Positions 41,604 through 52,099 are shown, counted from the first letter of the stretch. The stretch is DNA of 64,000 nucleotides from Longimicrobiales bacterium (GCA_965198065.1 CBDAON010000004.1:832001-896000), one strand, 5' to 3'. The notes: generated by a model not told the origin, from the letters alone. Program-made: numbers and translations.

Positions 41604-42922
41604 TGCCTCTGAGCGCGGCAAGTCTCTTCACGAACTGCGGTGCGGGCGATGTCGGATTCGCCAGAGCCGGCTTCCGGTTCGAGGTCTTGGCCGAGATCGA
41701 CCGATATCGACTTGCGGTTGCCGCGCTGAATCTGACGGGTTCTTCCGCCATTCCGGGCGACCTGCGACGTACCTGGCCGGACGTGGTCTCGGCTTACCAG
41801 GATCGATGCGATGGGGATCCTCCCGCGCTCTTGGCGGCGTGTCCCCCCTGTCAGAGTCTCTCGACCGCCAACGCGAGCAGAGGCAAGGAGGAGGACGCGG
41901 ACACGGGCTCGAAGGATGTGCGAAACCTGCTGGTCCTCCCGATCGCCGAGGTGGCGACCGCTCTCGGTCCACGGGTCATCGTGGTGGAGAACGTACGAGC
42001 ATTCCTGACCCGGAAGGTCCGACACCCTCACACACAGGAGGCCGTGTCAGCGGCAGTGCTCCTGATCTCCCTGCTGAAGGAGGAATATGTCGCCTTCCCC
42101 TTTCTGTCGGATCTGGCGGACTACGGCGTGCCGCAAACGCGGGTGCGGTCATTCATCACTTTCGTGCGGCGGGGGGAAGTGTGCCTTCAGTTTCTCGAAG
42201 AATGTGACGCGGTTCCCTATCCCAGACCGACGCATGCGCCAGACCACGGTGGGGAGCCCGTTTCCCTGGGTGACGCGCTGCACTCGTTCGACCTCCCCGC
42301 ACTTGACGCTGGCTCGGTATCCTCTGCGCGCTCCGGCCAATCCCTTCACTTCGTCCCGGTATGGGGCTCGGAGCAATACAGTATGGTAGCTGCGATCCCT
42401 GCAGGCAGCGGGGCAAGCGCTTGGGAAAACGATGATTGCCCCGAGTGCGGGCGTTCGGGACTCCCGCGTGATCTTGCGTGCTGTGCGACCTGCGACACCC
42501 GGTTGCTACGCCCGCACGTTGTCGAGCACGGACAGGCGCGGCTGGTGACGGGGTTCCGCCGTTCGAGCTATCGGAGACTCTCTCCTGACTGTCCTGCGGC
42601 CACGATCACAACCAGCAGCAACCGAATTGGGAGCGATCGGACGATCCATCCCTTCGAGAACCGCGTTCTGAGCCCTCTCGAGTGTCAAAAGCTGCAAACG
42701 CTGCCGGAGGACTTCGAGTGGGGAGAGGTCCTCAGACAGTCGCACTCGGGTCTGATGAGAGAGATGATCGGAGAGGCCGTGCCGCCCCGCTTCACTGAAG
42801 CTCACGGCAAGGTTCTCGCCGACCTGTTGGATGACGGTCGACCGCCGAGGCTTCTCCTTCGCGCAGACCGACGCGTATCGAACGCGGCTCAGAAACTGGA
42901 GGCTGTCAGTGCTGTCTTGTGA
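41603..42922 (+). CDS. dcm: DNA cytosine-5 methyltransferase
   Basis: PPCQ, ENV, YGVPQTRVR, IHP...RVLSPLE, IGEAVPP. Confidence 0.92.
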   Translation: MPLSAASLFTNCGAGDVGFARAGFRFEVLAEIDRYRLAVAALNLTGSSAIPGDLRRTWPDVVSAYQDRCDGDPPALLAACPPCQSLSTANASRGKEEDADTGSKDVRNLLVLPIAEVATALGPRVIVVENVRAFLTRKVRHPHTQEAVSAAVLLISLLKEEYVAFPFLSDLADYGVPQTRVRSFITFVRRGEVCLQFLEECDAVPYPRPTHAPDHGGEPVSLGDALHSFDLPALDAGSVSSARSGQSLHFVPVWGSEQYSMVAAIPAGSGASAWENDDCPECGRSGLPRDLACCATCDTRLLRPHVVEHGQARLVTGFRRSSYRRLSPDCPAATITTSSNRIGSDRTIHPFENRVLSPLECQKLQTLPEDFEWGEVLRQSHSGLMREMIGEAVPPRFTEAHGKVLADLLDDGRPPRLLLRADRRVSNAAQKLEAVSAVL

Positions 42923-43406
42923 TCCTGGGGGGGAGCTGGACCCGTTCCCTCCCGAAGAACGCCGGCGGGTCATGCAGGCCGTCAGAAGGCGCGACACCGA
43001 ACCGGAAGTGAGGCTTCGGCGAGCTCTTTGGAGCGCAGGACTGCGCTACCGGCTGCACCGCAGAGTTGCCGGGACCCGGCCCGATCTCTGCTTCGTTGGC
43101 GCGAAAGTCGCAGTCTTCGTCGACGGATGTTTCTGGCACGGGTGTCCCGATCACTACTCCGCGCCGGTGCATAACTTCTCCTTCTGGAGCGAGAAACTCC
43201 GTAAGAACCACGCTCGCGATCAAAGAGACAACCGAACGCTCGATGCGGCGGGGTGGAATGTGCTTCGGTACTGGGAATGCGAAGTGAGGGAGGAAGTAAC
43301 GCGGATCGTGGAAGAAGTCGGCCATCGGGTAAGGCCTCCAGCACAGGATTCCGCTGCGACGGGGGACCCACGGCGAGGCATGGACGACCTCCTTGACCGC
43401 CGATGA
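42909..43406 (+). CDS. vsr: Very short patch repair endonuclease
   Basis: MQAVRRRDTEPE, RPDL, FVDGCFWHGC, GWNVLRYWECE. Confidence 0.93.
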   Translation: MLSCDPGGELDPFPPEERRRVMQAVRRRDTEPEVRLRRALWSAGLRYRLHRRVAGTRPDLCFVGAKVAVFVDGCFWHGCPDHYSAPVHNFSFWSEKLRKNHARDQRDNRTLDAAGWNVLRYWECEVREEVTRIVEEVGHRVRPPAQDSAATGDPRRGMDDLLDRR

Positions 43407-43420
43407 GAGAGCTCGGCGGA

Positions 43421-44629
43421 TCATCGGCGGATCGGCGTGGTCTCCTGTTCTCTAGTCTCGCCGGCTAGGTAGGCCGCCCAATCGGCCATCAGGACACGCC
43501 GACGCTCGAACAGGTCCGAACGCGCGTACGCCGCTTCCACCTTGTTGCGAACCGCATGGGCCAACGCGGCCTCGGCGACCTCACGCGGTGCGTTGGAACA
43601 CTCGCCGCACCAGTCCCTGAAGCTCGAACGAAAGCCGTGCGGCACAGCCGTGATACCCAGGTCTCGAAGCAGCGTGGGGAGTCTGCTGCCGGGAAATGCG
43701 CGGCCCTCCGACGACGGGAAAACCAGACCGCTGCCGCCCCCGAGCGTCCGCGCCTCGCTCAGTATCCCCATGGCGCGCCCGGACAGCGGCACCCTGTGGG
43801 GGCGATGGGCTTTCGTGCGTTCGGCGGGAACCGTCCACTCCCGAGCCTCCAGGTCGATTTCATCCCACTGTGCCAGGCGAACCTCTCCCGAGCGGGCCGC
43901 CGTCAACACCAGGAACTCGAAGGCGAGTTTCGTGGCCGGGTAAGCGTGCGACTTCCGCACCGTTTCCATCGCGCCCACGACCTCCGCGTGAGGCAACGCG
44001 CGCATGTGCTGGACTACGGCTCGCTGTCGGCCGAGCGCTTGACCGAGCACATCGCTGGCGGGGTTGTCCGGTCGAAGCCCCATCGCCACCGCCCACTTCA
44101 TCACCGCCCCGATGCGCTGGCGCACCCGCCGGGCAGTCACCTGCTTGTCGTGCCAGATCGGTGTCAGAACCGCCAGAACGTCGGCCGTCGTTATCTCGCC
44201 GACCGGTCGATGGCCCAGCTGTGGGAACGCGTAGACGCGCAGGCTGGAGACCCAGTCCTTCGCATGCCTGGGGCTGCGCCAGCCCGGCCGCAGCTGCTCC
44301 ATAACACGGGCGGCCGCCTCGGCGAACGTGGGCATGTCACGGACCTTGTGCCTCTCGGTACGCGGATCGCCGCCCGAGCGCGCGATCTTGCGGTTCATGA
44401 ATGCCTTCTCGCGCGCCTCGGCCAGTGATACCAGCTGGTAGCCCCCGAGCCCCAGCGTGCGGTTTCGACCCTCGATCTGCAGACGCTGCTCCCATCGGCG
44501 CGCGCCGGATCGGTCCACGCGCAGATAGAGGCCGTTCCCATCGCAGTAGTATCCGGGCTTGGCACTGCGCACGAAGGCCGCGCTCAGTGCGTTGTGCGGG
44601 CGTCTCCCTCGGTGTTTGGGCAAATCCAT
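43421..44629 (-). CDS. P4-like tyrosine integrase with arm-binding domain, intact
   Basis: DGNGLYLRV, GLGGY, LTAARSGE, K, HGFRSSFR, LAH, AYARSD. Confidence 0.95.
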   Translation of the reverse strand: MDLPKHRGRRPHNALSAAFVRSAKPGYYCDGNGLYLRVDRSGARRWEQRLQIEGRNRTLGLGGYQLVSLAEAREKAFMNRKIARSGGDPRTERHKVRDMPTFAEAAARVMEQLRPGWRSPRHAKDWVSSLRVYAFPQLGHRPVGEITTADVLAVLTPIWHDKQVTARRVRQRIGAVMKWAVAMGLRPDNPASDVLGQALGRQRAVVQHMRALPHAEVVGAMETVRKSHAYPATKLAFEFLVLTAARSGEVRLAQWDEIDLEAREWTVPAERTKAHRPHRVPLSGRAMGILSEARTLGGGSGLVFPSSEGRAFPGSRLPTLLRDLGITAVPHGFRSSFRDWCGECSNAPREVAEAALAHAVRNKVEAAYARSDLFERRRVLMADWAAYLAGETREQETTPIRR

Positions 44630-44784
44630 GTCCTAGCCACCGTATAAAGTATCGTATGTTATATACGGGAACATAGTGGACAACCAGCGACACTGCAACT
44701 GGGAGCGACCTACATAACTCACTGCGATATCATTAGTTAGATAATCTTACGAGACACATATGGATTGTATTGGAATCTATGCGC

Positions 44785-45150
44785 AGCAGACGGTTGATCA
44801 GCTCGGAGAGGAGCCGCGAGGCTTCGGCGGGCTCGAGCATCTCGATCGGTGTGTGCTCGGATACGAGCGCACGGCCCGCGTCCACCGTCGAGCGAAAGCG
44901 GGCGGCGGCCGCCTCGATCTCGGAACCGAGGTAGGTGGGCGCGCCCCCTCGGCGGCGCTTCCACCACTGCATGAGCCGGGAGGCTCTTCCCGACGCGGGC
45001 CCGTCGGCGACCGTGTGGAGATGGGGATCGTGCGACCAGACCAGGTAGGCCTCGAGCCGCTGGACGCGGCCCGAGAGAAACGCGCCGCGCTTACGCTGGG
45101 AGACCGCTACGATGCCGGAACCCTCGTCGTCCGCGGCCTCGGGCGAGGCG
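44785..45150 (-). pseudogene. Coding fragment, possibly VirB4-like
   Basis: Frameshifted frames QRKRGAFLSGRVQ... and ASRLLSELINR; family assignment from memory only. Confidence 0.3.
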
Positions 45151-45158
45151 GTGATCCG

Positions 45159-45340
45159 TCAGACCAGTCGGCAAAAGCTCCCGACAGCCCGGCGTCGTTT
45201 GTGAGGGCCAGCCGCTGCAAGCTCGATATTCCACCGAACTCCGGAGGGCACCGGACCCGTCAGGTAGTTGCCGTCGAGGGCCAACACCTCCTGGGTCGAC
45301 AGGTTGCCGAGTCGCGGAAGGATCGGGCCGGAAAGGAGTG
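45159..45340 (-). pseudogene. Plant-type leucine-rich repeat fragment
   Basis: LSGPILPRLGNLSTQEVLALDGNYLTGPVP then PEFGGISSLQRLAL in a shifted frame. Confidence 0.65.
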
Positions 45341-45533
45341 AGTCATCCTGCCAGGCTACTGCAGGGTTATCTTGGGAGCGGCCGGCCGCCATCGGGGGGT
45401 GGCATGCCGGAGGCGAGGACCCGCCAGTGGTTGCGGACCGGGTGATCGCGCGCGCGCCCGCTGCGGAGACCGGCCGGAACCGATTCGGGAGATGGCGCTT
45501 CCGCTCCAGGAAGTGACAAGAGAGGACGTTCCC

Positions 45534-46151
45534 ATGCGCCGCATTCGAACATGGTTGATTCTGAGTGTCGGAGTGGCCGTGGCATCTTGCGGCGGCAGCT
45601 CGACGGAGCCCGAAGACTTGCTGACAGGGGCGGAGGCCCTCGCGCTCTTCGAGGTAGCGATGAGCCAAGGCCTGCAGCTGACCGACGAATTGGAGCCCGG
45701 GAGTGAGACCCTGACCCCTGATGGCGCCGTCCTGCAGTTCACCGTCCCGTGCACGATGGGTGGAACGGTTGGGGTGACCGCGCGGCTCGGCCCTGCCGGA
45801 GAACCGGACGTCGACGGCGCCAGCGTGGGAGTGTCGATGACCCTCGTTCACTCGGGTTGTATCGAAAAGCACGAGACGAGCGGGATCACCTTCACCCTGG
45901 ACGGTGCGCCCGACCTGGAGATGAGCATCGAGCTCTCGATCTCGACAGAGTTCGTGCTGGGAATCAGCGGCGCCATGGACGGTACGGTTCGCTGGGCCAC
46001 AGGCGACGGCCGCAGGGGGCCATGCGCGCTCGACGTGGAGATCGAGACGGTGAGCGATCTATCCGGGTTGCCCACCATCACTCTCGCCGGGCAAGCGTGC
46101 GGCGCCGACATCATGGAGTCGATCCCCGGTCTCGGACTGGCCTTTGGCTAG
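45534..46151 (+). CDS. Hypothetical lipoprotein
   Basis: SD AGAGGA; MRRIR...VASC lipobox; beta-rich, several Cys. Confidence 0.75.
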   Translation: MRRIRTWLILSVGVAVASCGGSSTEPEDLLTGAEALALFEVAMSQGLQLTDELEPGSETLTPDGAVLQFTVPCTMGGTVGVTARLGPAGEPDVDGASVGVSMTLVHSGCIEKHETSGITFTLDGAPDLEMSIELSISTEFVLGISGAMDGTVRWATGDGRRGPCALDVEIETVSDLSGLPTITLAGQACGADIMESIPGLGLAFG

Positions 46152-46351
46152 CCCACCGCACCGGGACCGGGCAGCCCAATGCCTCCCCGGGGTCGGGCAG
46201 CTTCACCGGGACTCCGGCCTCTCGGCCCGCGCCCACGATCGGTGTCCGGGGGCCGTGAGGCCACATCTGGCGCGTCACTCGGTTTCCACTGAAATCATGC
46301 GAATCGATAGGGACAGACCGATTCGACTGGCGCCGACGCAAGGAGCCAGCT

Positions 46352-46832
46352 ATGCGAGCGACGCTGCGCCGGCGGCTGCACGAGCTCTACGCGCAGATCG
46401 CCACGGGCAGTATCGTGCGGGTCCGCGAGCTCCTTCAGCGCGAGCCGGATCTCACGCGTGCCGCCAAAGAGACGCCCCCTCCCTGCACTGGGCGATCTAT
46501 TACAACCGTCCGCGGGTCGCGGAACTTCTGCTCGATGCCAGAGCCGACATCGGAACTGCGGGATCCGGACCGGGACGCGAGGCCACTCGAGTACGCCATC
46601 GTCTATGCGCGAAAGCAGATCATCCGCGTGCTGGTGGCCCATGGGGCAGGTGCAAGGAACGGACTCGGCACCGCGCTCAAGGGCGCGGGCGGCGCGTTTG
46701 AGGAGTTCCCGGAATTGCCGTCGCGCGGGGAGTACGAAGCCGTCGCGCGGGGAGTACGAAGCCGTCGCGGCGCTCCTCGGCGAGTTGTTGGCGCCTCCGA
46801 GTGCGTCGGTCGATCCGGTAACGCACCGGTGA
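46352..46832 (+). pseudogene. Ankyrin-repeat protein, frameshifted
   Basis: LHWAIYYNRPRVAELLLDARAD, PLEYAI...VLVAHGA; breaks at about 46480, 46555 and 46740. Confidence 0.7.
46717..46769 (+). repeat. 22-bp tandem duplication
   Basis: GCCGTCGCGCGGGGAGTACGAA x2 plus GCCGTCGCG. Confidence 0.9.
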
Positions 46833-46890
46833 TGCCGGGATCCGGACGGCAGGCGACGCCCCCGGTGGCAGCACAGAGCCGGAATGCCAC

Positions 46891-49767
46891 GTGACGACCG
46901 GATCCCCCGGGGGAGCCCGGCGGTTCGGACGGACGCTCCGGATCGTCGCCGCCCTCGCTCTCGCGAGCTCATGCGGGGGAGACACTACGGGACCTCCGCC
47001 GTCCGTCCCGGCCTTGATCGCGATCGAGCCCAAGGTCCTGACCTTCTCGTGGGTCGGCGAATCCCACCGGCTTCTCGCGGAGGTGCGGGACGAAGCCGGG
47101 ACGGTCCTAGCGGATCCGGCCCTCTCCTGGTCTTCGACGAATCCCTCCGCCGTCACCGTCTCGCCCGGCGGTGTGGCTGTGGCCGCGGGCACGGGTCAGG
47201 CGACAATCACCGCTTCGTCGGGAAGGGCGACGGGGTCGGCGAGCGCCACCGTGAGCCTGGTCCCGCGCTCGATGCTCAAGGTCTCGGGAGACGCCCAGCG
47301 TGGCAGGGCCGGATCACCGCTCTCCGCCAGCTTGGTGACGGAGGTGAGGGATGTGGGCGGGACGCCCATTCCCGGAGCGGCGGTCGCGTGGACCATCTCC
47401 GGCGGCGACGGCGTCATCACGTCCTCCTTGGACCAGACGGACGGCGCAGGCCGTGCTTCTGCCCGGTGGACCCTGGGGGAGGCGGAGGGAAGCCAGGCGG
47501 TGACGGCACGGGCCGGGACGGTCAATATCGTCTTCACCGCCGAGGCCATACCCCCTCTCGAGGCGGCGATGAGTCCGCCGTCCGCCAGGATCCAGGTGGC
47601 GGACTCCGCGGACTTCGCCCTCGCGATCAGCGGCGGCGATCCCGACGAGACGGCGAGCTGGACGTGCACCTCCCCCGACACCGGTGTGGTCTACGTCCAG
47701 CCGACGGCCATCGGGTGCCGGGCCACCGGACTGGCGGAAGGCAACGCCACGGTCTCCGCCACCGTGGCCAGGGGAGCGGACCGCGTGACCGCGGCGGCGG
47801 CACTCGAGGTAGGGGAGCTGGTCGGCGCCGTACGCATCACGGGAATCGAGCCCGCCGTCCTCATCGAAGGCCAGGACGCTACGATACACGGGACGGGCTT
47901 CTCCGCCGTCGCGTCGGAGAACCGGGTGACGATCGGCGGCCTCGCCGCCCGCGTCTCCGCGGCCGCGGAGACCCGCCTCACCCTGACCGTGCCGCGGGCG
48001 GAGTGCCTCCCTCCGAGGCAGACTCTCCTCCTCGTCTCGAATTCGTCGACCACGGCTTCGAGGAGTGCGGGAATCACACCCCCGCCGGAGGACGTCGACC
48101 TGCCCGTCGGGTGGTTTCGCTATACGGCCGCGGGGACCGGCTGCCTTCACCTCCCGGGAAGCGCTGCGGGCGGGGAATACCTGATCGGGGTCGCCTCGAC
48201 CTCGGAACTCCCGTCCTCGCTCACGCCGGTCTCCCTCTCCGGGACTCCCGGGGATCCGAACGTGGCCGCCACCTCCCCGGCCGCGGTTGCACGGCCGGGG
48301 GCCGGGACCGGGTCCGTCAGCTCCCGGGCGCGCATCGCCGGCGGAGCCGGGGCTCCGCCTCCGCCGGGGCGACTCGAGGCGCTCGCCCCTCTCCAGGAAT
48401 GGACTACCGGGCGGCGGGAGGCAGAAGCGCGGCTGAGGGCGGGGGCGAAAGCGGAGCTGGCTCTCCTCGGCCGCCCTCGCGCGCCTGCCCAGCAAACCCG
48501 GTCTCCGGCCCGGATGGCCCCGGGCGAGCGCGTCACTCTCTGGGTGGCTCCCGGAGGGAGCTGCACGCCCGGGACCCAGGTCCAGGCGGTCGTCCGGTTC
48601 ATTGGAACCCACACCGTCTGGCTGGAAGATCTCGCCAACCCGAGCGGGACGTTCAGCGACGCGGAGTTCGAAGGCCTGGACGCCTTCTACGCGTCACGAG
48701 TCCAGCCCGTCCATGACCGTTACTTCGGCGAGCTGTCCGACGTCGATCTGAACGGGCGCATCCTCGTCCTACTCACTCAGGAGGTCAACAAGGTGGTGGG
48801 CCTGGGCGGCTACGTCACGCCGACGGACCTGTATCCGACGACCCAGTGCGCGACGAGCAACCACGCAGAGATCTTCTACGTTTCCGCGCCGAATCTGGGT
48901 GGCGCCGATGGAGGGGGGCCAACCAGTACGTCCGTGCTCGCCGGCTATCGCAACCTGCTGGTGCATGAGATCACCCACCTGGTTCAGGCGAATGCCTACG
49001 TACTTGGCGGCTCCGGAGAGAAGACGATCTGGGAGATCGAAGGGGGGGCGACCCTCGCGGAGCAGCTCGTGGCGTACGATCTCTTCGGTCACGGCTCGGG
49101 GCGGAACCTCGGCCACGCCCAGGTCCACCAGACGGAAGAGAGCCGGGCCTGGTACTGGGGCGGCTGGATCGCCGACATGGCGTCGTTCTTCGGGTGGGAC
49201 GGCTTTGGCGCTGGAAGCGGCCGGGTACGCGGCGCGCCGGAGGAGTGCACATGGATCGGAACGGAAGAGGACGGAAACACCGGGCCGTGCGCGGGCGGGC
49301 AGGTCTATGGCGTGCCGTCCATGCTCCTCCGGTTCGTCATGGATCGCTGGGGAGAAGAGTATCCCGGCGGTGAAGCGGCGCTCATGCGCCGCCTCGTGAA
49401 CTCGCCATCCGCCGGGTTCTCGTCGCTCGAGGAGGTGAGCGGCAGCGGGATTGAGCAAATTCTTGCCGAGTTCTACATCGCCCTCTGGGGGGACGGGCGC
49501 CCGTCGTCCCCCGGGTCCGCCTGGGACTGGATGGCTTCCTGGGACCTCCACGACATCTTCAGCCGCTTTCCCGACGACTACCAGCTGCAGCCGCGAAACT
49601 CATCGTCCCAAAGCCTGCGGGAAGACGCCAACATCCGTGGCGGATCCAGCCTCTACGTGCACTGGTCCCCGAGTGGGAGTCTGGCGCCAACCAGCATCAG
49701 GGTGACCGCTCCATCCGGTGCCTCGGTGCCCGGACACGTCTCGGTCTGGGCATGGAGGATCCGATGA
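46891..49767 (+). CDS. Lipoprotein with Ig-like and IPT/TIG domains and a zinc metallopeptidase domain
   Basis: ASSC lipobox; WSSTNPSAVTV...G Ig repeats; IHGTGF; HEITH followed by EGGATLAE. Confidence 0.85.
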   Translation: MTTGSPGGARRFGRTLRIVAALALASSCGGDTTGPPPSVPALIAIEPKVLTFSWVGESHRLLAEVRDEAGTVLADPALSWSSTNPSAVTVSPGGVAVAAGTGQATITASSGRATGSASATVSLVPRSMLKVSGDAQRGRAGSPLSASLVTEVRDVGGTPIPGAAVAWTISGGDGVITSSLDQTDGAGRASARWTLGEAEGSQAVTARAGTVNIVFTAEAIPPLEAAMSPPSARIQVADSADFALAISGGDPDETASWTCTSPDTGVVYVQPTAIGCRATGLAEGNATVSATVARGADRVTAAAALEVGELVGAVRITGIEPAVLIEGQDATIHGTGFSAVASENRVTIGGLAARVSAAAETRLTLTVPRAECLPPRQTLLLVSNSSTTASRSAGITPPPEDVDLPVGWFRYTAAGTGCLHLPGSAAGGEYLIGVASTSELPSSLTPVSLSGTPGDPNVAATSPAAVARPGAGTGSVSSRARIAGGAGAPPPPGRLEALAPLQEWTTGRREAEARLRAGAKAELALLGRPRAPAQQTRSPARMAPGERVTLWVAPGGSCTPGTQVQAVVRFIGTHTVWLEDLANPSGTFSDAEFEGLDAFYASRVQPVHDRYFGELSDVDLNGRILVLLTQEVNKVVGLGGYVTPTDLYPTTQCATSNHAEIFYVSAPNLGGADGGGPTSTSVLAGYRNLLVHEITHLVQANAYVLGGSGEKTIWEIEGGATLAEQLVAYDLFGHGSGRNLGHAQVHQTEESRAWYWGGWIADMASFFGWDGFGAGSGRVRGAPEECTWIGTEEDGNTGPCAGGQVYGVPSMLLRFVMDRWGEEYPGGEAALMRRLVNSPSAGFSSLEEVSGSGIEQILAEFYIALWGDGRPSSPGSAWDWMASWDLHDIFSRFPDDYQLQPRNSSSQSLREDANIRGGSSLYVHWSPSGSLAPTSIRVTAPSGASVPGHVSVWAWRIR

Positions 49768-49976
49768 GAGCCCAGATCGCGAACCTCATCGTCCCCGGAT
49801 GCACGCTCCTGCATCAGCTGCTCCAATATCGTTATAAATGATTGTATATAATACACTTACGACTGATCATCCTACCATTATCCCCTCATTAAATCCCTCT
49901 TTCTGAACGGGAATCCACTCGACCGTATCGGACGCTCGCGGACAGGTTGTCGGGGAATGTTCAACGAGCGGTCGCA

Positions 49977-50245
49977 TCAACCGGCACCGCGATTCAGGAA
50001 ATCCGGGAGCGTCGTCCATTCGCTCATGAGGATGAGCGCACACTGAACCGTCTGGCCGTTGTCGCTGACCCCAACTCCAACTCTTCGGTGGGGGTGCGGT
50101 CGCCCCGCGCGAAGCTGCTGGACGGGAAGGGAAGCACTTGTCGCCTGTAGGCGATGTCGAGGTGGTCGCCCTTGGTTTCGAGAACAGTGATGCGATTGGC
50201 AGCCCCATCCGTCCGCACGGCGAAGACAAAATCGGGATAGATCTT
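49977..50245 (-). pseudogene. Type III restriction Res-like nuclease C-terminal fragment
   Basis: IYPDFVF...VLETKGDHLD, a PD-(D/E)xK motif; frameshifted. Confidence 0.6.
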
Positions 50246-50311
50246 GCATCAAGTCGCGGTGTTGTGTGGACATCCCAAGAGGTCGGAGCGGTGAAGCGCG
50301 AAAGATCGTGC

Positions 50312-50630
50312 TCACCTGCTTGGCAGTCCCCGTATGACCTCCACTTGCGCGTTCGCCGCCATGGCCGCCGGAAGCGCTCCGTCTCCATCAGACCAGTCAC
50401 GCGCGATGGTGCGTACCAGGCCCGATGCACGGTCGATGATCAACGCCGCCCGCCCGCCGGTGTCCCGGTCCAGGGTCGTCGAGCCCTCGGGCCCGTCAGC
50501 GTGATGCGGTCCAGGTCCTCGGTCCATTCGGGCTCGAAGGGGATCGCGAACAGAAACCTGCTTCCCCCGTGCTCGAGTTCGTCCGTGTCATCTCGTGGGC
50601 TCGCGAGCGATACAACTTGCTCCCGCGCGC
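50312..50630 (-). pseudogene. C-terminal fragment of a large secreted protein
   Basis: FLFAIPFEPEW...ITLTGP|EGSTTLDR...VIRGLP* across a frameshift. Confidence 0.45.
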
Positions 50631-50939
50631 CTAGGTCGACCAATTTATGGGTTAGCCAACTATATTACTGCCTAAATTAGAGTGTCAACGATGGCACCGC
50701 CCGCCGAATATCTCACGCGGAGGCTCTGGCAGTCCGTGGGGATGTCGAGCATTGGACATACCCTCGCCCGGGCAGTGAAGTTGAGTACGTGATCGACAAG
50801 AACCTCTAGACATGCGGAGAGCGGTGACCCCCAACGAGTTCACCGGCCCGTGCCGACCGCGCCGCAAGGCAACTCCGGCAGAGGCCGACCACGGGGCGAC
50901 TACCACTGCTTCGAGGGCAAACGATAGTTTCGGTGGACT

Positions 50940-51716
50940 ATGAATCATCGGGGTATTCACGCTGGGCGACGGAATGCGGTGTCTGGAACGGCGTACGGAG
51001 TCGACGGGTGCCGCGCGGGTTGGTTTTACTTCGCCCTGGCGCGTTCCGAAGAACCGGCATGGGGCATAGTCGAAGCTATCGAGGAGTTGGTTTCCAGCGT
51101 AGACGATTCGGACCACATGTTCGTTGACATCCCGATCGGACTTCCGGACGGTCCAGAGGCGCGCCTCTGCGACAGGGAGGCACGCGGGAGGCTTGGAGGG
51201 CCTCGTGCGAGCAGCGTGTTCCCGGCGCCGGTGCGCGCGGCGCTGGCAGCGGCGACATACGAGGACGCGAACCGAATCAGCCGGAAAGCAAGCGGAAAGG
51301 GGCTAACGCAGCAGACCTTCGCGATCCTGGCGAAGACCCGGGAAGTTGACAGTCTGCTACGGAAGAGCGAGAAGGCCCGACGCATCGTCAGAGAGATCCA
51401 CCCTGAGATCTGCTTCTGGGCGCTCGCGGGAGGCAGCCCAATGCGAGACAAGACGACGACGGGCGCTGGCTTTGACGAACGACTCGCGGTGCTGGAGGGT
51501 TTCCGCCGATCTGTCGGTGAGGACTTCGCCCAGATTCGAGCCGAGTTCCGATGCTGGGACTTGGGCGACGACGACATACTCGATGCCATGGCTGCGGCCA
51601 TCACTGCCTCGACCGGTCCGAGAGCGCTCACGACTCTCCCCAAGGATCCGGCCAGGGACTCCTGCGGTCTCCCGATGGAGATGGTGTACGCGGCGAACGC
51701 CTGGTTCGCGACATGA
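50940..51716 (+). CDS. DUF429 predicted nuclease
   Basis: GVDGCRAGW, DIPIGL, CDREAR, EIHPE, DDILDA. Confidence 0.85.
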   Translation: MNHRGIHAGRRNAVSGTAYGVDGCRAGWFYFALARSEEPAWGIVEAIEELVSSVDDSDHMFVDIPIGLPDGPEARLCDREARGRLGGPRASSVFPAPVRAALAAATYEDANRISRKASGKGLTQQTFAILAKTREVDSLLRKSEKARRIVREIHPEICFWALAGGSPMRDKTTTGAGFDERLAVLEGFRRSVGEDFAQIRAEFRCWDLGDDDILDAMAAAITASTGPRALTTLPKDPARDSCGLPMEMVYAANAWFAT

Positions 51717-52099
51717 AGCCAACGGGTGCGACGGGATTCCATTTCTCGTTGTCTGCAGGTGCGCCCCTATCCCGTTCCACGAGCACGCGCCTCCAACACG
51801 CAGATATTCTGTAGGGTATCGTTCGAGGAACCTGTGTTGCGGAGGCTCGGGAAGCGTCTAGCAAATTCCCGCAATTTGACCCTGTTTTCCCGCTATTTGG
51901 GCACGTCGAAACCAGATACAGCCCAACGGCAAGAACGGCAGATCGTGCAGTCCTGGTTGAACTTAGACGGTTTTTTGCCGTGATTCACACCATCTGTACT
52001 CTGCCGAGGCGGTTGGCGATGAGCTCGGGCACGATCACACTCCGACGCCCTCGGGTTCGGGGCGTCGAGGAGCGGTTCGAGAGTCGGGTGCTGCCGAGA

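Noticed and set aside
46717..46769. Tandem repeat as a CRISPR-like array
   Set aside because: Only 2.4 contiguous units, no spacers, no cas genes; a slippage duplication. No CRISPR array was seen anywhere in the window
50640..50690. AT-rich dyad AATTTA...TAAATT as a dif or res site
   Set aside because: Does not match the XerC/D consensus by eye and no resolvase is nearby; left unassigned
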